Assembly: GCF_046119375.1 (NCBI RefSeq)
Contig: NW_027362769.1
Span: 360,592,001 to 360,656,000 of the forward strand
Direction of reading: 5' to 3'
Source of the DNA: Phyllobates terribilis
Taxonomy: Eukaryota
Length of the DNA stretch: 64,000 nt
Shown here: piece by piece, positions 1-14,550 of the stretch
Layout of the letters: the number at the start of each line of letters is the position of its first letter
Position numbering within the stretch: position 1 is the first letter of the stretch
Notes under the pieces: generated by a model
What the model was told of the DNA's origin: nothing
The model's database searches: none
Seen by the model: only the letters and a program-made list of their open reading frames with translations
Position numbers and translations under genes: made by a program

Positions 1-868
1 ACCGCTGAGGCCGGTGGTAGGATTGTGCAGCGTGATAGTATAACCCCCAACGGGAGGGGTATGGCCTCAGGGCAGCCGACGTGGATGATGGGGGTAGCAG
101 GAACCACTCAGAGACGGTACGGTGTAGTTCAGGGTCTTTACTGGTGACAACGATAGACCCTCCCGGAGTACTGGCTAGCGATTGGGGCCTGGTCAGTCCT
201 TGAGCAGATGGGATCTCCCCTGGCCAGGCGGAGTTGTAGGCCTCCCAAACTAACTGTACTCTTCTGGCTACCTTGCTAGAGGCGGGTATAAGTAGCCCAC
301 GTCCCTGAGTGTACCGTGTGGTGCTCACCCGTATGGCCGGTGACTCGGGGCCTTCTAGTAGCTTCCGCTCCACGACGGCGGTGCTGGTCCCATGCGTGTG
401 ACCGTGCCTTCGGGTTTCTTGGCCAGAGGACCTGAAATCCCCTGCCTGACGGATTCTGCTGCTGGGTAGGAGTTAGTCCCCACAGCCTCGGACTCCGGGT
501 CCGGTAAGAAATCTTCTCAGTCAGGGCGAGCTCTGCAGCTGCCAGCCCCTGACTCTTTGTAACACTGCCCCCACAGAGCTCCTGTTGTTTCTTCCCATAG
601 CTGCTTCTTTTCTCTGTCTCTACTTCTGGCATGGCCCAGGAGCTGGGCCCAGCCGGAGCCACAGCTCCCTGTCAGCCCTCCTGGCTGAACTCTCCCTCTG
701 AACTCTCTAACCCTGCCTCAGCCCCAGGTCCATACAGGGGAAGTTCCTCCCCTCCCAGGACCGGGCAGGAGGTGCGGCACGCACAGGATTCCCGACCAAG
801 AGACCTCCCACCCGCTCCCAGACACAACACCGCCGCCACTGTGGAAACCAGACCCCTGGGGCGCCACA
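1..868 (-). repeat. 3' LTR of element A (partial)
   Basis: Matches 2422-3289 with only two substitutions noticed; preceded on the minus strand by a polypurine tract. Confidence 0.93.
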
Positions 869-877
869 TTCCCCCCT
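869..877 (-). other. Polypurine tract of element A (AGGGGGGAA)
   Basis: Abuts the TG start of the 3' LTR. Confidence 0.85.
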
Positions 878-1377
878 AGTGAAATTTAGTACTCCGGAAC
901 TAAACATATTTTTAGAAAAACATAACAAGATAATAACAATAATAATACAATAAGAAAACCACATAAAGATGGTTACGGCGTGTCCGCAACCGGGTGCAGT
1001 CTTTGAAGAAAAGCAAAGGTGTCCATTTCACCAAAACAGGGAGACGTAACCAGGTAGGGGTCTGTCCTGCCCCGAGTCCTTAACAGTCTTTAGTCCATTC
1101 CTGGGTTACGCTCCAACCATGTACAAAGGATTCCCGGTAAATCCACCAAAGACTCCCATAAATTACTAGAAACACATAATTATTTACAGGATATGGCCGC
1201 TCTCAGTCCTCGGCCAGTGGGGATAAGGATTGGCTGCTCACAGTCCTCAGCCTGGTAAGGGATAGGGACACACGGGGAACAATTCACTAATCCCAACGGG
1301 GACCATATTTTAATTAGCAGCAGTCCTTGTACCCTAACGGGTAACTATGTACAGCTCTTTATTCACGCTACTTCCCT

Positions 1378-1716
1378 TCAGTAGCTATGTCCTCTTTGTG
1401 CTCCCTCCTGAGGGTAGTCCTCAGACCCGTCCGGGTCCTCTTGGCTTTCCTCGTATTGGTAGTACTGCAGCTCCTCCTCGGTTAGCTGGGTTAGTATCTC
1501 TGCGACAGTCCTCCTCCCAGGTGGCCAGGACTTTACCTCCCTTTGGGCTGCCCCGGTTAATTGGGCCACCAGGATGCTCACTTTTTGCTCCTCTGTGAGG
1601 GGGTACATCTGGAAGAGGCTATCCAGCTTTTCTCTAAAGTCATGCAGGGTATGTGACTCCCCTGAGTACTGGGGTAGCCAGGCTGCCCCCGGGATATAGG
1701 GCATGGTGAAAGGCAT
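1378..1716 (-). CDS. 112-aa ORF: Gypsy Gag N-terminal fragment fused to an acidic tail like that of the CSD protein
   Basis: MPYIPGAAWLPQYSG...QLTGAAQREV resembles Gag at 46984-47300 (LPYIPGAKWLPQYNG...QLTGAAEREV). LTEEEL..EESQEDPDGSE resembles the C-terminus of the 702-aa ORF (LTEEELRCEEEEQEDPDGSE). Confidence 0.7.
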   Translation of the reverse strand: MPFTMPYIPGAAWLPQYSGESHTLHDFREKLDSLFQMYPLTEEQKVSILVAQLTGAAQREVKSWPPGRRTVAEILTQLTEEELQYYQYEESQEDPDGSEDYPQEGAQRGHSY

Positions 1717-2197
1717 GACCGCAACAGCGGTGGCGCTGGCGGGGGTTGAAGCGGTGAAGCTCTCCTCCGTATCCGATATCCTTCTCCCCCCTAGTGGACC
1801 GTGGCCTACCTTGCGATGATCCTCTTCCGTAGGCCGCGGCTCCGCAGTGGATCGTCAGGGTTGAGGACCTTCCGTCGCGCTCCTGTGACGTCGGCGTCTG
1901 CTGGGCTCCTTCCAGGACCTTACGCAACGTCCGGACGTGAGGCGGGGCTTCAGTTCTCGCGCGCTTTCGGAGTCCACGCCCCTCTTCTTCCCGCGCGGCG
2001 TCCTCAAGATGGCGTCCAATGGCGGGAAAACTCCACGTATGGCGGGAAGAAGGCCGAAGATGGCGCCGGATGGCGGGAAAACTCCACCGATGGCGGGAAG
2101 GAAGCGGAAGATGGCGCCGGATGGCGGGAATCTTCACCACAGGTAAGTTTGAACAGTCTTTTTCAGGCACGCAGTACCCGGTGGTTGCGGGCACGAA

Positions 2198-2215
2198 ATC
2201 CTGCCGACTACGCCA
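2198..2215 (-). other. Primer-binding site TGGCGTAGTCGGCAGGAT (tRNA-Ser AGA/TGA type)
   Basis: 18-nt complement of the vertebrate tRNA-Ser 3' end (ATCCTGCCGACTACG+CCA), 5 nt from the LTR end. Confidence 0.88.
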
Positions 2216-2220
2216 GAAGT

Positions 2221-4100
<1,880 letters not shown>

Positions 4101-4134
4101 TCTGCTTCGTCTGCTGCTCCGCCATCACCCCAAA

Positions 4135-4150
4135 GGCTCTTCTGAGAGCC
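4135..4150 (+). terminator. Histone 3' stem-loop (H2B)
   Basis: GGCTCTTCTGAGAGCC followed by ACC and AGAGCTGT (histone downstream element, HDE). Confidence 0.9.
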
Positions 4151-4539
4151 ACCACCGCGTCTACATCAGAGCTGTGGCTGCTTCTGTGTTCTCTCCTGTC
4201 TCCCCGAGTTGTCTGGCCACATAGCCCGGGTCTCTGTCTAGTGACAGGGTAAATAGCAGGTGGCGCAAGTAGAAGTGAAGGCTAAGGGCTAACGAAGAAG
4301 ATGGCGAAAAAACTGGGGCTGCTTTTGGGTTCTCCTTCACAGCTCAGCACTTTCACCAATGCCCTTGTGATTTCAGATGGAAGTTCAGTGACTTATTTAA
4401 GCCCTTGCTCCTCAGATCTGACTTCTTTTGGTCTCATTCCTATTTTAGGAATTGATTCGGTTTAGTTTCTCTAAATAATGAAATTACTTCACTGTTTTAT
4501 GAAAGGTGATTACATGAGATTGTGGTCGGTGGAGTTTAT

Positions 4540-4858
4540 TAGTGATGAGCAGCATGCTCACCACTATTCGTTACGAGCTCGAGATGCTCGTTGCTGGCGA
4601 GTATTTTTTGAATGTTCGGGAGCTTGAATCGCCACCCCACATATTTGGCGCATATTATACAGCCAATTACCATGCAGGGGTTGCGTGACAGTCAATGTCA
4701 TGTCATAGCCAAGTTGGTTGTGGCATTACAGTGACTGGCTGGCCGCACAGCGTCATCAGGTCTATATCAGGGGTCTATATCAGACCTGGCGCCGCCATGC
4801 TTGTCACAGTCACTCCGGAATCAGACAGTGTAGGGAGAGCTGCTGCTGAGCTAGGGAG
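4540..4858 (+). mobile_element. Truncated hAT-type MITE end
   Basis: Starts TAGTGATGAGC, like the terminal inverted repeat (TIR) at 4859; no partner end is visible. Confidence 0.5.
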
Positions 4859-5589
4859 TAGTGATGAGCGAGCACTAAAATGCTCGAGTACTCGTTGCTC
4901 GGGTCGAGCAAATTGGAATACTCGGGTGCTTTACCCGAGCAATGAGCCCAATGTAATTCTATGGAAAACTCAAGCATTTTTCACGCGGCTCCCCCCGGTG
5001 GTTTGCAGAGGGCCTAAAAATTGGCCAAATCGAACAGTGCTCAAATGACATGGGAACAGCATGGGGAAGACCCCTGGAAGCATTTCTGACTCCCAGGTCA
5101 CTGCTGTCAACAACGTTGTCAGAGTATTACGCCACTTTTACGGATTCACAGTAGAACATACAGAAACAAAAGCAAAATGCATTTTCCTGGGAAATATATT
5201 AAGGAACATCCTTTCCAGTGTAATGACTTGTATATAAGGCAAAATAAATTACCAAAACCAAAAATACTCCTCCACACCTTGGGCTATATTCAAACGTAAC
5301 ATTTTTTATGCATTTTTGCACTTTTGCATTGCTTTCAACAAAGACAAATGCATTCACTGGGAAATGTCATTTTAACATTTTACAATCTTATCTGGCCATG
5401 TGGTGTGTGACACATCATCAGACACATGCATACAGTGCTGAAAAGACATGGGAACAGCATGGGGAAGACCTCTGGAACCATTTCTGACTCCCAGGTCACT
5501 GCCTAAAAGTGTGCCCATCATAAGTGATAAGATGCCTCCAGCCATGCGCCTGTCGTTGCAGACTTGCAACAATCACCGTCCATGTCCTT

Positions 5590-6290
5590 GTCCCAGTGCA
5601 GCGTTCAGTTGTCCTTACCCCATTCCTTGGAATGCAAGCACAAGTATGCAGCCAGACACCCACCTACAGGCTGCAATACTATACTGCCAAATTTTTGACA
5701 GCTGCTTGCACTTGAAATGTGGCCTTTTAGGGTCGTGGAGGCGGATGCTTTTCATAACCTCATGCCGGCGTCAGCTGGGTGCCCATGCTTTGTCCCCAGC
5801 CACCACTATTTCTCCCGGTATCGTCTCCGCCTTCCACAAGCACGGGTCCCACAACATTACCCGTGCCCTCCCCAGTGCACTTACTGGTAAAGACTGCCTA
5901 CCCACAAACACGTGGACAGGTGAATGTGGCCAGGGACGGTATGGAGCCAGTCCACAGCTTTTTTTGCTGAGAGTTGTATTTAACTCGGTGAAAGTACTGG
6001 CATAGAGGGAAACCGTATCTACCCCGGCTGTCATTTCTCCGCCACCAGGTTCCGCCCATTGTCACACACGACCATGCCTGGCTGTATTTTCAGCGGTGAG
6101 AACCACAGATCAGGCTGCTGTGTTACAGCTTTCAACAACTCTGCAGCGCTGGGCGGTTTGTCAATTAAGCATTAAGCATGTTATCTTCAGCACAGCCTGT
6201 TACCACTTGGCCAGGGCAGTGCTGCAGTGCTGTCAGCTTGTGACTGATGTAGTCATTTCGGAGATGGAGGAGGAGGTGCAGGAGCTGAAC
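5590..6290 (+). pseudogene. Extra, more decayed hAT transposase fragment
   Basis: Broken reading LLALEMWPFRVVEADAF...HKHGSHNITRAL...TWTGECGQGRY, similar to 12156-12548. Confidence 0.65.
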
Positions 6291-8462
6291 AATGTGATTA
6301 CATTGAGGTTAAATTAGTGACGCTGTTATTTATACTAAAGAAAGATCCTACTGTTTTGTTTTTTTACGTTATTTTTTAAGATAAATGCATTCACTGGGAA
6401 ATGTCATTTTAACATTTTACAACCTTATCTGGCAATGTGGTGTGTGACACATCATCAGAAACATACTGTTTTATTTATGAAGGAGGGACTCTGAAAGTCA
6501 TAAAGCCTATTTTTATAGGGACATCAGACGGCCCTTACTATTCTTAAAAGGCCAGCAGTTGGCCCTCGCTATTGTTAGAGAGCCATCAGGCGGCTATGTG
6601 TTGTTGTTCCCATTATTAACAAGTGGGTCTCCTATACTGTTATTGCGTAGCCAGTGACTGCAAGGGCTGCCAAAAATTTGGACGCAATCCAATACCCCTT
6701 TGAAGAGACATAGAGGAGGGTCTCAGTAAAAAAATGTTCCCATTATAAAGGAGCGGGTCTCCTATAGTGGTAATGCCCATGCTGTGACTGCAAGAGCTGC
6801 CAAAATTTGGGAAAAACCCCTCTAAGAATTTAAAGACACATAGAACAGGGCCACAGTAACGACATATTCCATTTAGAAAGGACAGAGTCTGCTATACAGT
6901 TATAGGTTATGCAGTGAGACCAATGGCTGACCAATTTTAGGAAAAACCCCACTAAGAATTTAAAGTCACATAGAGCAGGGCCACAGTAACAAGGTACGAC
7001 ATGTACCCATTAGGAAGGAGAGGGTCTGCTATACAGTTATAGGGTATGCAGTGAGTCCAACGGCTGACCAATTTTAGGAAAAAACCCACTAAGAATTTAA
7101 AGCCACATAGAGCAGGGCCACAGTAACGACAAATTCCCATTAGAAAGGAGAAAGTCTACCATAGTGTTGGCCTATGTAGTGAATGCAAGGGCTGCCAAAA
7201 ATTTGGAGGCACTTCAATACCCCTTGGAAGAGACATGGAGGATGGCCTCAGAAAAAAAATGTTCCCATTAAAAAGGAGTGGGCCTCCTATACTTGTAATG
7301 CCCATGCACTAAGTGTATGAGCTGACAAACATTTAACCCTGGGGGGTATACATGAACATACTGTATAATTTTTTTTTTTATAGGCATCAAAAACACCCTT
7401 TAAAAAAATTATGTGGGTGATGCATCATGGACCACGGTCACCCTGGTGATATGGTGGTGGAGGATGAGGATGAGGAGAAGGACAAGAGCAAATAGCCAAA
7501 ATCAGGAAGCGTATACCAATGTGTGGGAAAAGGTGCATGGGAATACACCTCTCAAGAAAAGACACTGGATTTGAGTTTATGTTACGCTGCTATCATTCGG
7601 TGGCGTAGAGTAGTCTTGCCCAATCCATCCCTTGTTTAATTTTATAAGAGTCAACATGTCAGCATTTTCAGTTGACAGGCAGATGCGCTTATCAGTTATA
7701 ATTCCACCAGCGGCACTAAAAACACGCTCTGATAAAACGCTGGCGGCAAGGCAGGCCAGGACCTCCAAGGCATAGAGAGCCAGTTAATTCCACGTATCCT
7801 GCTTGGATACCCAATAATTATAAGGCACAGCGGAATCACAGAGGACGTTGGTACGGTCGGCAAGGTACTCCCTCAGCATCTTCCCAAACTTTGCACTCCT
7901 TGTGAGAGTACCCCGCACCTCAGGGCCTGTGCGATGGGAGGGTCTGAGAAAACGCTCCCAGAACTTTGACAGTGTTCCCTGGTCTCAGCTGGATTGGAGT
8001 TGTGTCTCTCTCGCCTTTACTCCTTGGTTATCCAACGAAGTGTGCCCTCTGCTGCCAGCGTTTTCAGATGAGAATTTTTTTAATAGTTCTGCAACAAGGG
8101 CTTTCTGGTACTGCCCCATTTTTGTAGACTTGTCCGCCTCAGGAATAAGAGATATAAAGTTCTCCTTGTAGCGTGGGTCTAGATGTATCACCAACCAGTA
8201 ATGACTGTCACCCAAAATTTTGAGAACGCGAGGGTCATGGGAAAGGCAGCATAACATAAACTCAGTCATGCGTGCCAGACTACTAACAGGCAAGACTTCC
8301 ATGTCCTCACCAAGAGGATGACTTACCATGCTCTCCTCCTCCTCCTCTCTGCCCTCTGGCCATCCACGCTGAACAGACGGTATGACAGCTGGGCAGGTAG
8401 TACCGTCTATAGTGCATGAAACTAGCTCCTGTCCTTCCTCCTCCTCCTCTTCCTCATTGTCA

Positions 8463-11325
8463 TAGAATCATAGAATCATAGAATGGTAGAGTTGGAAGGG
8501 ACCTCCTGGGTCATCTGGTCCAACCCCCTGCTCAAAGCAGGATTCACTAGATCATCTCAGACAGATGTCTGTCCAGCCTCTGTTTGAAGACGTCCATTGA
8601 AGGGGAACTCACCACCTCTCGTGGCAGCCTGTTCCACTCATTAATCTCCCTAACTGTCAAAAGTTTTTTCTAATATCTAATCTGTGTCTCCTCCCATTTA
8701 GTTTCATCCCATTGCTTCTAGTCTTTCCTTGTGCAAATGAGAATAAAGATGATCCTTCTACAATGTGACAGCCCTTGACATATTTGTAGACAGCTATTAA
8801 GTCTCCTCTCAGTCTTCTTTTTTGCAAGCTAAACATTCCCAAATCCTGCAACCGTTTCTCACAGGACATGGTTTGCAGACCAGTCACCATTCTGGTCGCT
8901 CTTCTCTGAACTTGCTCCAGTTTGTCTATGTCTTTTTTAAAATGTGGTGCCCAAAACTGTACACAGTATTCCAGATGAGGTCTGACCAAAGAGGAGTAAA
9001 GACCGATAATGACTTCACGTGATCTAGACTGTATGCTTCTGTTAATACATCCCAGAATTGTATTTGCCTTTTTTGCTGCTGCATCACACTGTTGACTCAT
9101 GTTCAGTCTATGATCTATTAGTATACCTAAGTCTTTTTCACATGTACTGTTGCTTAGCTCTATTCCTCCCATTCTGTATATGCTTTTTTCATTTTTATTG
9201 CCCAGATGTAGTACTTTGCATTTTTCCCTGTTAAAAACCATTCTGTTGGTTGCTGCCCACTGCTCCAGTTTATTTAGGTCTTTTTGAATCCTCTCTCTCT
9301 CTTCTCTAGTATTAGCTATCCCTCCTAGCTTTGTGTCATCAGCAAATTTAATCAGTTTACCCTCAATTCCTTCATCTAAATCATTGATAAAGATGTTGAA
9401 CAATACAGGTCCCAGGACGGAGCCCTGTGGTACCCCACTTAAGACATTCATCCAGCTGGATGTGAAGCCATTTACAACCACCCTTTGAGTCCGATCACTA
9501 AGCCAGTTATGAATCCACCTAACAGTTGCCTGGTCCATTGCATACTTGGTCATTTTTTCAATAAGGATGGTGTGAGATACTTTGTCAAATGCTTTGCTGA
9601 AGTCAAGATATACTATATCTACAGCATTTCCCTGATCCACCCAGTCAGTGATTCTGTCATAGAAGGAAATTAAGTTAGTCTGACATGACTTGTTAGTTAC
9701 AAACCCATGCTGACTCTGGTTAATCACTTCATTCTTATCCATGTACTTACATACATGTTGTTTAATAATTTGTTCAAAGATCTTTCCTGGTATAGAAGTC
9801 AGACTCACCGGCCTATAGTTCCCTGGGTCCACCTTCTTCCCCTTTTTGAAGATAGGAACAACATTTGCTCTTCTCCAGTCTTCTGGGACTTCTCCTGTTC
9901 TCCAAGAATTTTCAAAGATTATGGAGAGTGGTTCTAAAATTTCTTCTACGATCTCCTTCAGTACTCTGGGGTGTAATTCATCTGGACCTGGAGACTTGAA
10001 CTCATTTATGTTAGCTAAATATTCCCTCACAATCTTTCTGTTTACAGATAACTTGGATTCCTCTATTCCTTTAAAAGGACAGTGAAGATCAGTTGATGTT
10101 ACATTTTCTTTCTGAGAGAAAACAGTTGCAAAATAGGAATTAAAAAGTTCGGCCTTCTCAACATCCTCTCTTACCATTTCTCCATTTTCATCCTGTAAAA
10201 ATCCTATAGCATCTTTGACTTTTCTTTTACTTTTGACATACCCCCAAAATCCTTTTTTATTGCTTTTGACATCTCTTGCAAGCCTTAATTCATTGTCAGC
10301 ATTAGCTAACCTGATACGTGTCCTGCAGGATCTGCAGACTGCATTATAATCTTCTTTAGATATGCCTCCCTCTTTCCATTTAATAAACATTTCTTTCTTT
10401 CTTTTTAGCATGTGTTTAAGTTCTGTGTTCATCCATCCTGGTTTCCTTAAATGCTTCCCATTCTTCCTACTTTTCGGGATTGTTAACGATTGTGCTTTGA
10501 GAATCTCATTTTTAAAAATTTCCCATCCTTCCTGGACATTTTTGTCCTTAAGGACATCCAGCCATTGGATCCCTCCTATTCTCTTTCTGAGTCTCTTAAA
10601 ATCTGCCTTTCTAAAATCTAACCTTGAAGTTTGAGTCTTCACATGTCTTCCTCCTCTAGTTATCCAAAATTCTATAATAGCATGATCGCTGCCTCCTAGG
10701 GTCCCAGCCACCTTTACCTCCTCAACCATTTCCTCCCTGTTTATAAGGATTAGATCCAAAGTAGCAGATCCCCTTGTTTTCTCCCCTACCTTTTGGAAGA
10801 TAAAGTTGTCAGCAAGAGAGGATAAGAATTTGCTTGACCTGTTAGTTTTACTTGAGAGAGATTCCCAACAAATGTCTGGATAGTTGAAATCTCCCATGAC
10901 CACTACGTCATATTTTTTGGAGAACTTGGTCATTTGATACATAAAGAGTTCATCCATATCTTCAGCTTGCCCAGGTGGCCTGTAGTAAATGCCTACAATG
11001 GAGTCCTTTCCGTTGTTCTCTCCTTGTATTCTTACCCAAACAGTTTCCACAGAACTCCCAGTCTCTGAAGCTTCAATCTCTGTGCAGATATACGCTTTTC
11101 TAACATACAATGCAACACCTCCTCCTCGTTTATCAAGTCTGTTTCTTGCAAATAAGTTGTATCCTTTTAGCCTTTTATTCCAATCATGTGTATCGTCCCA
11201 CCAAGTTTCAGTGATTCCAATGACATCATATTCCTTTTCCTGCATTAGTAGTTCCAATTCTCCTTGTTTGTTGCCCATGCTTTGTGCATTTGTATAAAAA
11301 CATTTTAGTTTGTGATTGGTTTCTC
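8463..11325 (-). mobile_element. CR1 LINE, 5'-truncated at the start of ORF2
   Basis: (ATTCTATG)n tail at 8461-8484, CR1-type 3' UTR, and a TTGTCA duplication at 8457-8462 and 11326-11331 within the hAT sequence. Confidence 0.95.
8657..11325 (-). CDS. CR1 ORF2: APE endonuclease plus reverse transcriptase, open except for a 1-nt frameshift near the C-terminus
   Basis: YTNA, GITETW, GDFN and SDH endonuclease motifs; QHGF, YLDFSKAFD, GVPQGSVLGP and FADD reverse-transcriptase motifs. Confidence 0.93.
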
Positions 11326-12548
11326 TTGTCACCCAATCCATGTTGGGATGAGATGAGGCTTGGCTGTGTGTAATCACCCTTTATGGTTCCTTGCTCCATC
11401 TCTTCGTGCTCCGTCTGCAATGCATCCCCTTTGATTGTGAGCAGAAAGAGTTTCAGAAGACAGAGAAACGGGATGGTGACGCTAATTATGGCGTCATCGC
11501 CGCTCACCATCTTGGTGGCGTCCTCAAAGTTTTGTAGAATCGTACATATGTCTGACATCCATGTCCACTCCTGAGGTCTTATGTGTGTTGTCTGAACTGA
11601 ATACCGATGGCCTTGTTGATGCTGGTAGTCAACAGCTGCCCTTTTCTGCTCACAAATCCTTCCCAACATCTGCAATATAGAGTTCCAACGCGTGGGGACA
11701 TCACACACCAATCTGTGAGCCGGAAGCTGCAAATGCTGCTGAAGCATGATAAGGGCGGCGGAAGCTGTAGGTGACTTTCTAAAATGGGAACACAGGCAGC
11801 ATACTTTGACAAGCAGATCAGGCAGCTCTGGGTAGGATTTGAGAAATCGCTGAACCAGGAGGTTAAGCACATGGGCAAGGCATGGTACGTGTGTGAGTTC
11901 GCCTCACCTCAGAACAGCAACCAGGTACCGGCCCATGTCACACACGACCATGCCTGGCTGTAGGTTTAGCGATGTGAGCCACAGAACTGCCTGCTCTTTC
12001 AGAGCTGTCCACAACTCTTCAGAATTGTGCGATTTGTCACCTAAGCATATTAGCTTCTACACAGCCTGTTACCGCTTGGCCGAGGCAGTGCTGCAGTGCT
12101 TCCAGGTTGTGATTGTGACTGATGTGGTAATTTCGGAGATGGAGGCTGAGGTGCATTAGTTGTAGACTGTGGGGGCAACCCTGATTAATCTAGGACCCGC
12201 GATCCTTGGCGTCGGGAGGACTTGTTCCGTCCCAAGGTCCGACTGGGTCCCGGCTTCCACTATGTAAACCCAGTGTGCTGTCAGCGAGATGTACCATCCC
12301 TGCCCACAAGCACTTGTCCATATGTCCGTGGTTAGGTGGATTTTACTGGTAACTGCGTTGTTGAGGGCACAGCTAATGTTTTGGGATACGTGCTTGTGTA
12401 ATGCGGGGACGGCACACCAGGAGAAATAGTGGCAGCTGGCGACCGAGTACCGAGGAACGGTCGCCGCCATCAGGTTGAGGAATGCTTCCGTCTCAACGAG
12501 CCTAAAAGACAACATTTCTAACGCAAGCAGTCGCGAAATGTGGGACAA

Positions 12549-14550
12549 TACACAAGCACGTGTCCCAAAACATTAGCCGTGCCCTAAACAATGTAGTTAC
12601 CGGGAAAGTCCACCTAACCACGGACACGTGGACAAGTGCTTGTGGGCAGGGACGGTACATCGCGCTGACGGCACACTGAGTTAACATAGTGGAAGTCGGG
12701 AGCCAGTCGGACATTCGGACAGAACAAGTCCTCCCAACACTAAGGATTGAGGGCCCTAAGTCAATCAGAGTTGCCCCCACAGTCTACAGCTCCTGCACCT
12801 CATCCTCCTCAGCCTCCTCCTCCTCCATCTTCGAAATGACCACATCAGTCACATGCTGGAAGCACTGCAGCACTGCCTCGGCCAAGCGGCAACAGGCTGT
12901 GCTGAAGCTAATATGCTTAGGTGACAAACCGCACAATGCTGAAGAGTTGCGGACAGCTCTGAAAGAGCAGGCCGATCAGTGGCTCACACCGCTAAACCTA
13001 CAGCCAAGCATGGTCGTGAATGAAAATGGCGGGAACCTAGTGGCGGCTCACACACATATCATGCCTGGCCGATGTGCTTAACCTCGTGGTTCAGCAGTTT
13101 CTCAAATCCTACCTGGAGCTGCCGGATCTGCTTGTTAAAGTACGCCACCTGTGTATCCATTTTAGAAAGTCACCTACAGCTTCCACCGCCATTGCCGTGC
13201 TTCAGCAGTGTTATCAGCTTCTGGTTCCCAGATTGGTGTGTGATGTCCCCACGCGTTGGAACTCTACACTGCAGATGTTGGGAAGGATTTGTAAGCAGAA
13301 GAGGGCAGTTGTTGAGTACCAGCATCATCAAGGCCGTCGGTATGAAGTTCAGACTCCACACATAAGACCTCAGGAGTGGACATGGATGTCAGACATATGT
13401 ACCGCCCTCCAAAACTTTGAGGACTCCACCAAGATGGTGAGCGCCGATGATTCCATAATTAACGTCACCATCCCGCTTCTCTGTCTTCTCTCACAATCAG
13501 AGAGGATGCATTGCAGGCGGAGCACGATGAGATGGATCAAGGAACCATATAGGGTGATTATACACAGCCCAGCCTCATCTCATCCCAATGTGGACTGGAT
13601 GACAATAAGGGAGAGGAGGAGGAGGAAGAACAGGAGCTAGTTTTATGAGCTATAGATGGTACTACCAACACAACTGTCATACCGTCTGTTCAGCGTGGAT
13701 GGCCTGAGGACAGAGAGGAGGAGGAGGATAGCTTGGTCAGTTGTCGTCTTGGAGAGGACACAGAAGTCTTGCCTGTTATCAGTATGGCACACATGGCTGA
13801 GTTTATGTTACGCTGCCTTTCCCGTGACTCTCAGGTTCTCAAAATTTTGGGTGACAGTCATTACTGGTTGGTGACACTTCTAGACCCACGCTACAAGGAG
13901 AACTTTATATCTCTTATTCCTGAGGCGGACAGGTCTACTAAAATGTGGCTGTACCAGAAGGCCCTTGTTGCGGAACTATTTTAAAAATTCCCATCTGAAA
14001 CCTCTTGCGGCAGAGGTCACAGTTCGTTGGACAACCAAGGAATACAGGCGAAAGAGACACAACTTCAATCAAGCAGAGACCAGGGAATACTGTCAATGTT
14101 CTGGGAGCGTTTTCACAGCCCCTCCCATCGCACAGGCCCTGAGGCATGGGGTACTCTCACAAGGAATGCAAAGTTTGTCAAGATGCTGAGGGAGTACCTT
14201 GCCGACCGTACCAACGTCCTCCGTGATTCCTCTGTGCCTTTTAATTATTGGGTATTCAAGCTGGATACGTAGAATGAACTGGCTCTCTATGCCTTGGAGG
14301 TCCTGGGCTGCCCTGCCGCTAGTTTTTTATCAGAGCGGGTTTTTAATGCCGCTGGTGGAATTATAACTGATAAGTGCATCCGCCTGTCAACTGAAAATGC
14401 TGCTGCTTTGTCTTAGCGGGTTTTTAGTTCTGCCTGTGGAATTATAACCGAAACTGAAAATGTTGACATGCTGACTCTTATAAAAATGAACATGGGCTGG
14501 ATTGGGCCCGACTTCTCAACAACGCCGGATGATAGCAGCGTAACATAAAC
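12549..14550 (+). pseudogene. hAT transposase fragment (second arm)
   Basis: LTTDTWT, PTRWNS, LDPRYK and SERVF-like motifs with stops; inverted paralog of 7577-12548. Confidence 0.9.

Larger units (their letters stand above)
7577..12548 (-). pseudogene. hAT transposase fragment, split by CR1
   Basis: LTTDIWT, PTRWNS, LDPRYK and the C-terminal dimerisation region ASVLSERVFSAAGGIITDKR; contains stops and frameshifts. Confidence 0.9.

Noticed and set aside
11326-11377. N-terminal residues of the 906-aa CR1 ORF
   Set aside because: They derive from the flanking hAT sequence (GTG start) beyond the duplication site.
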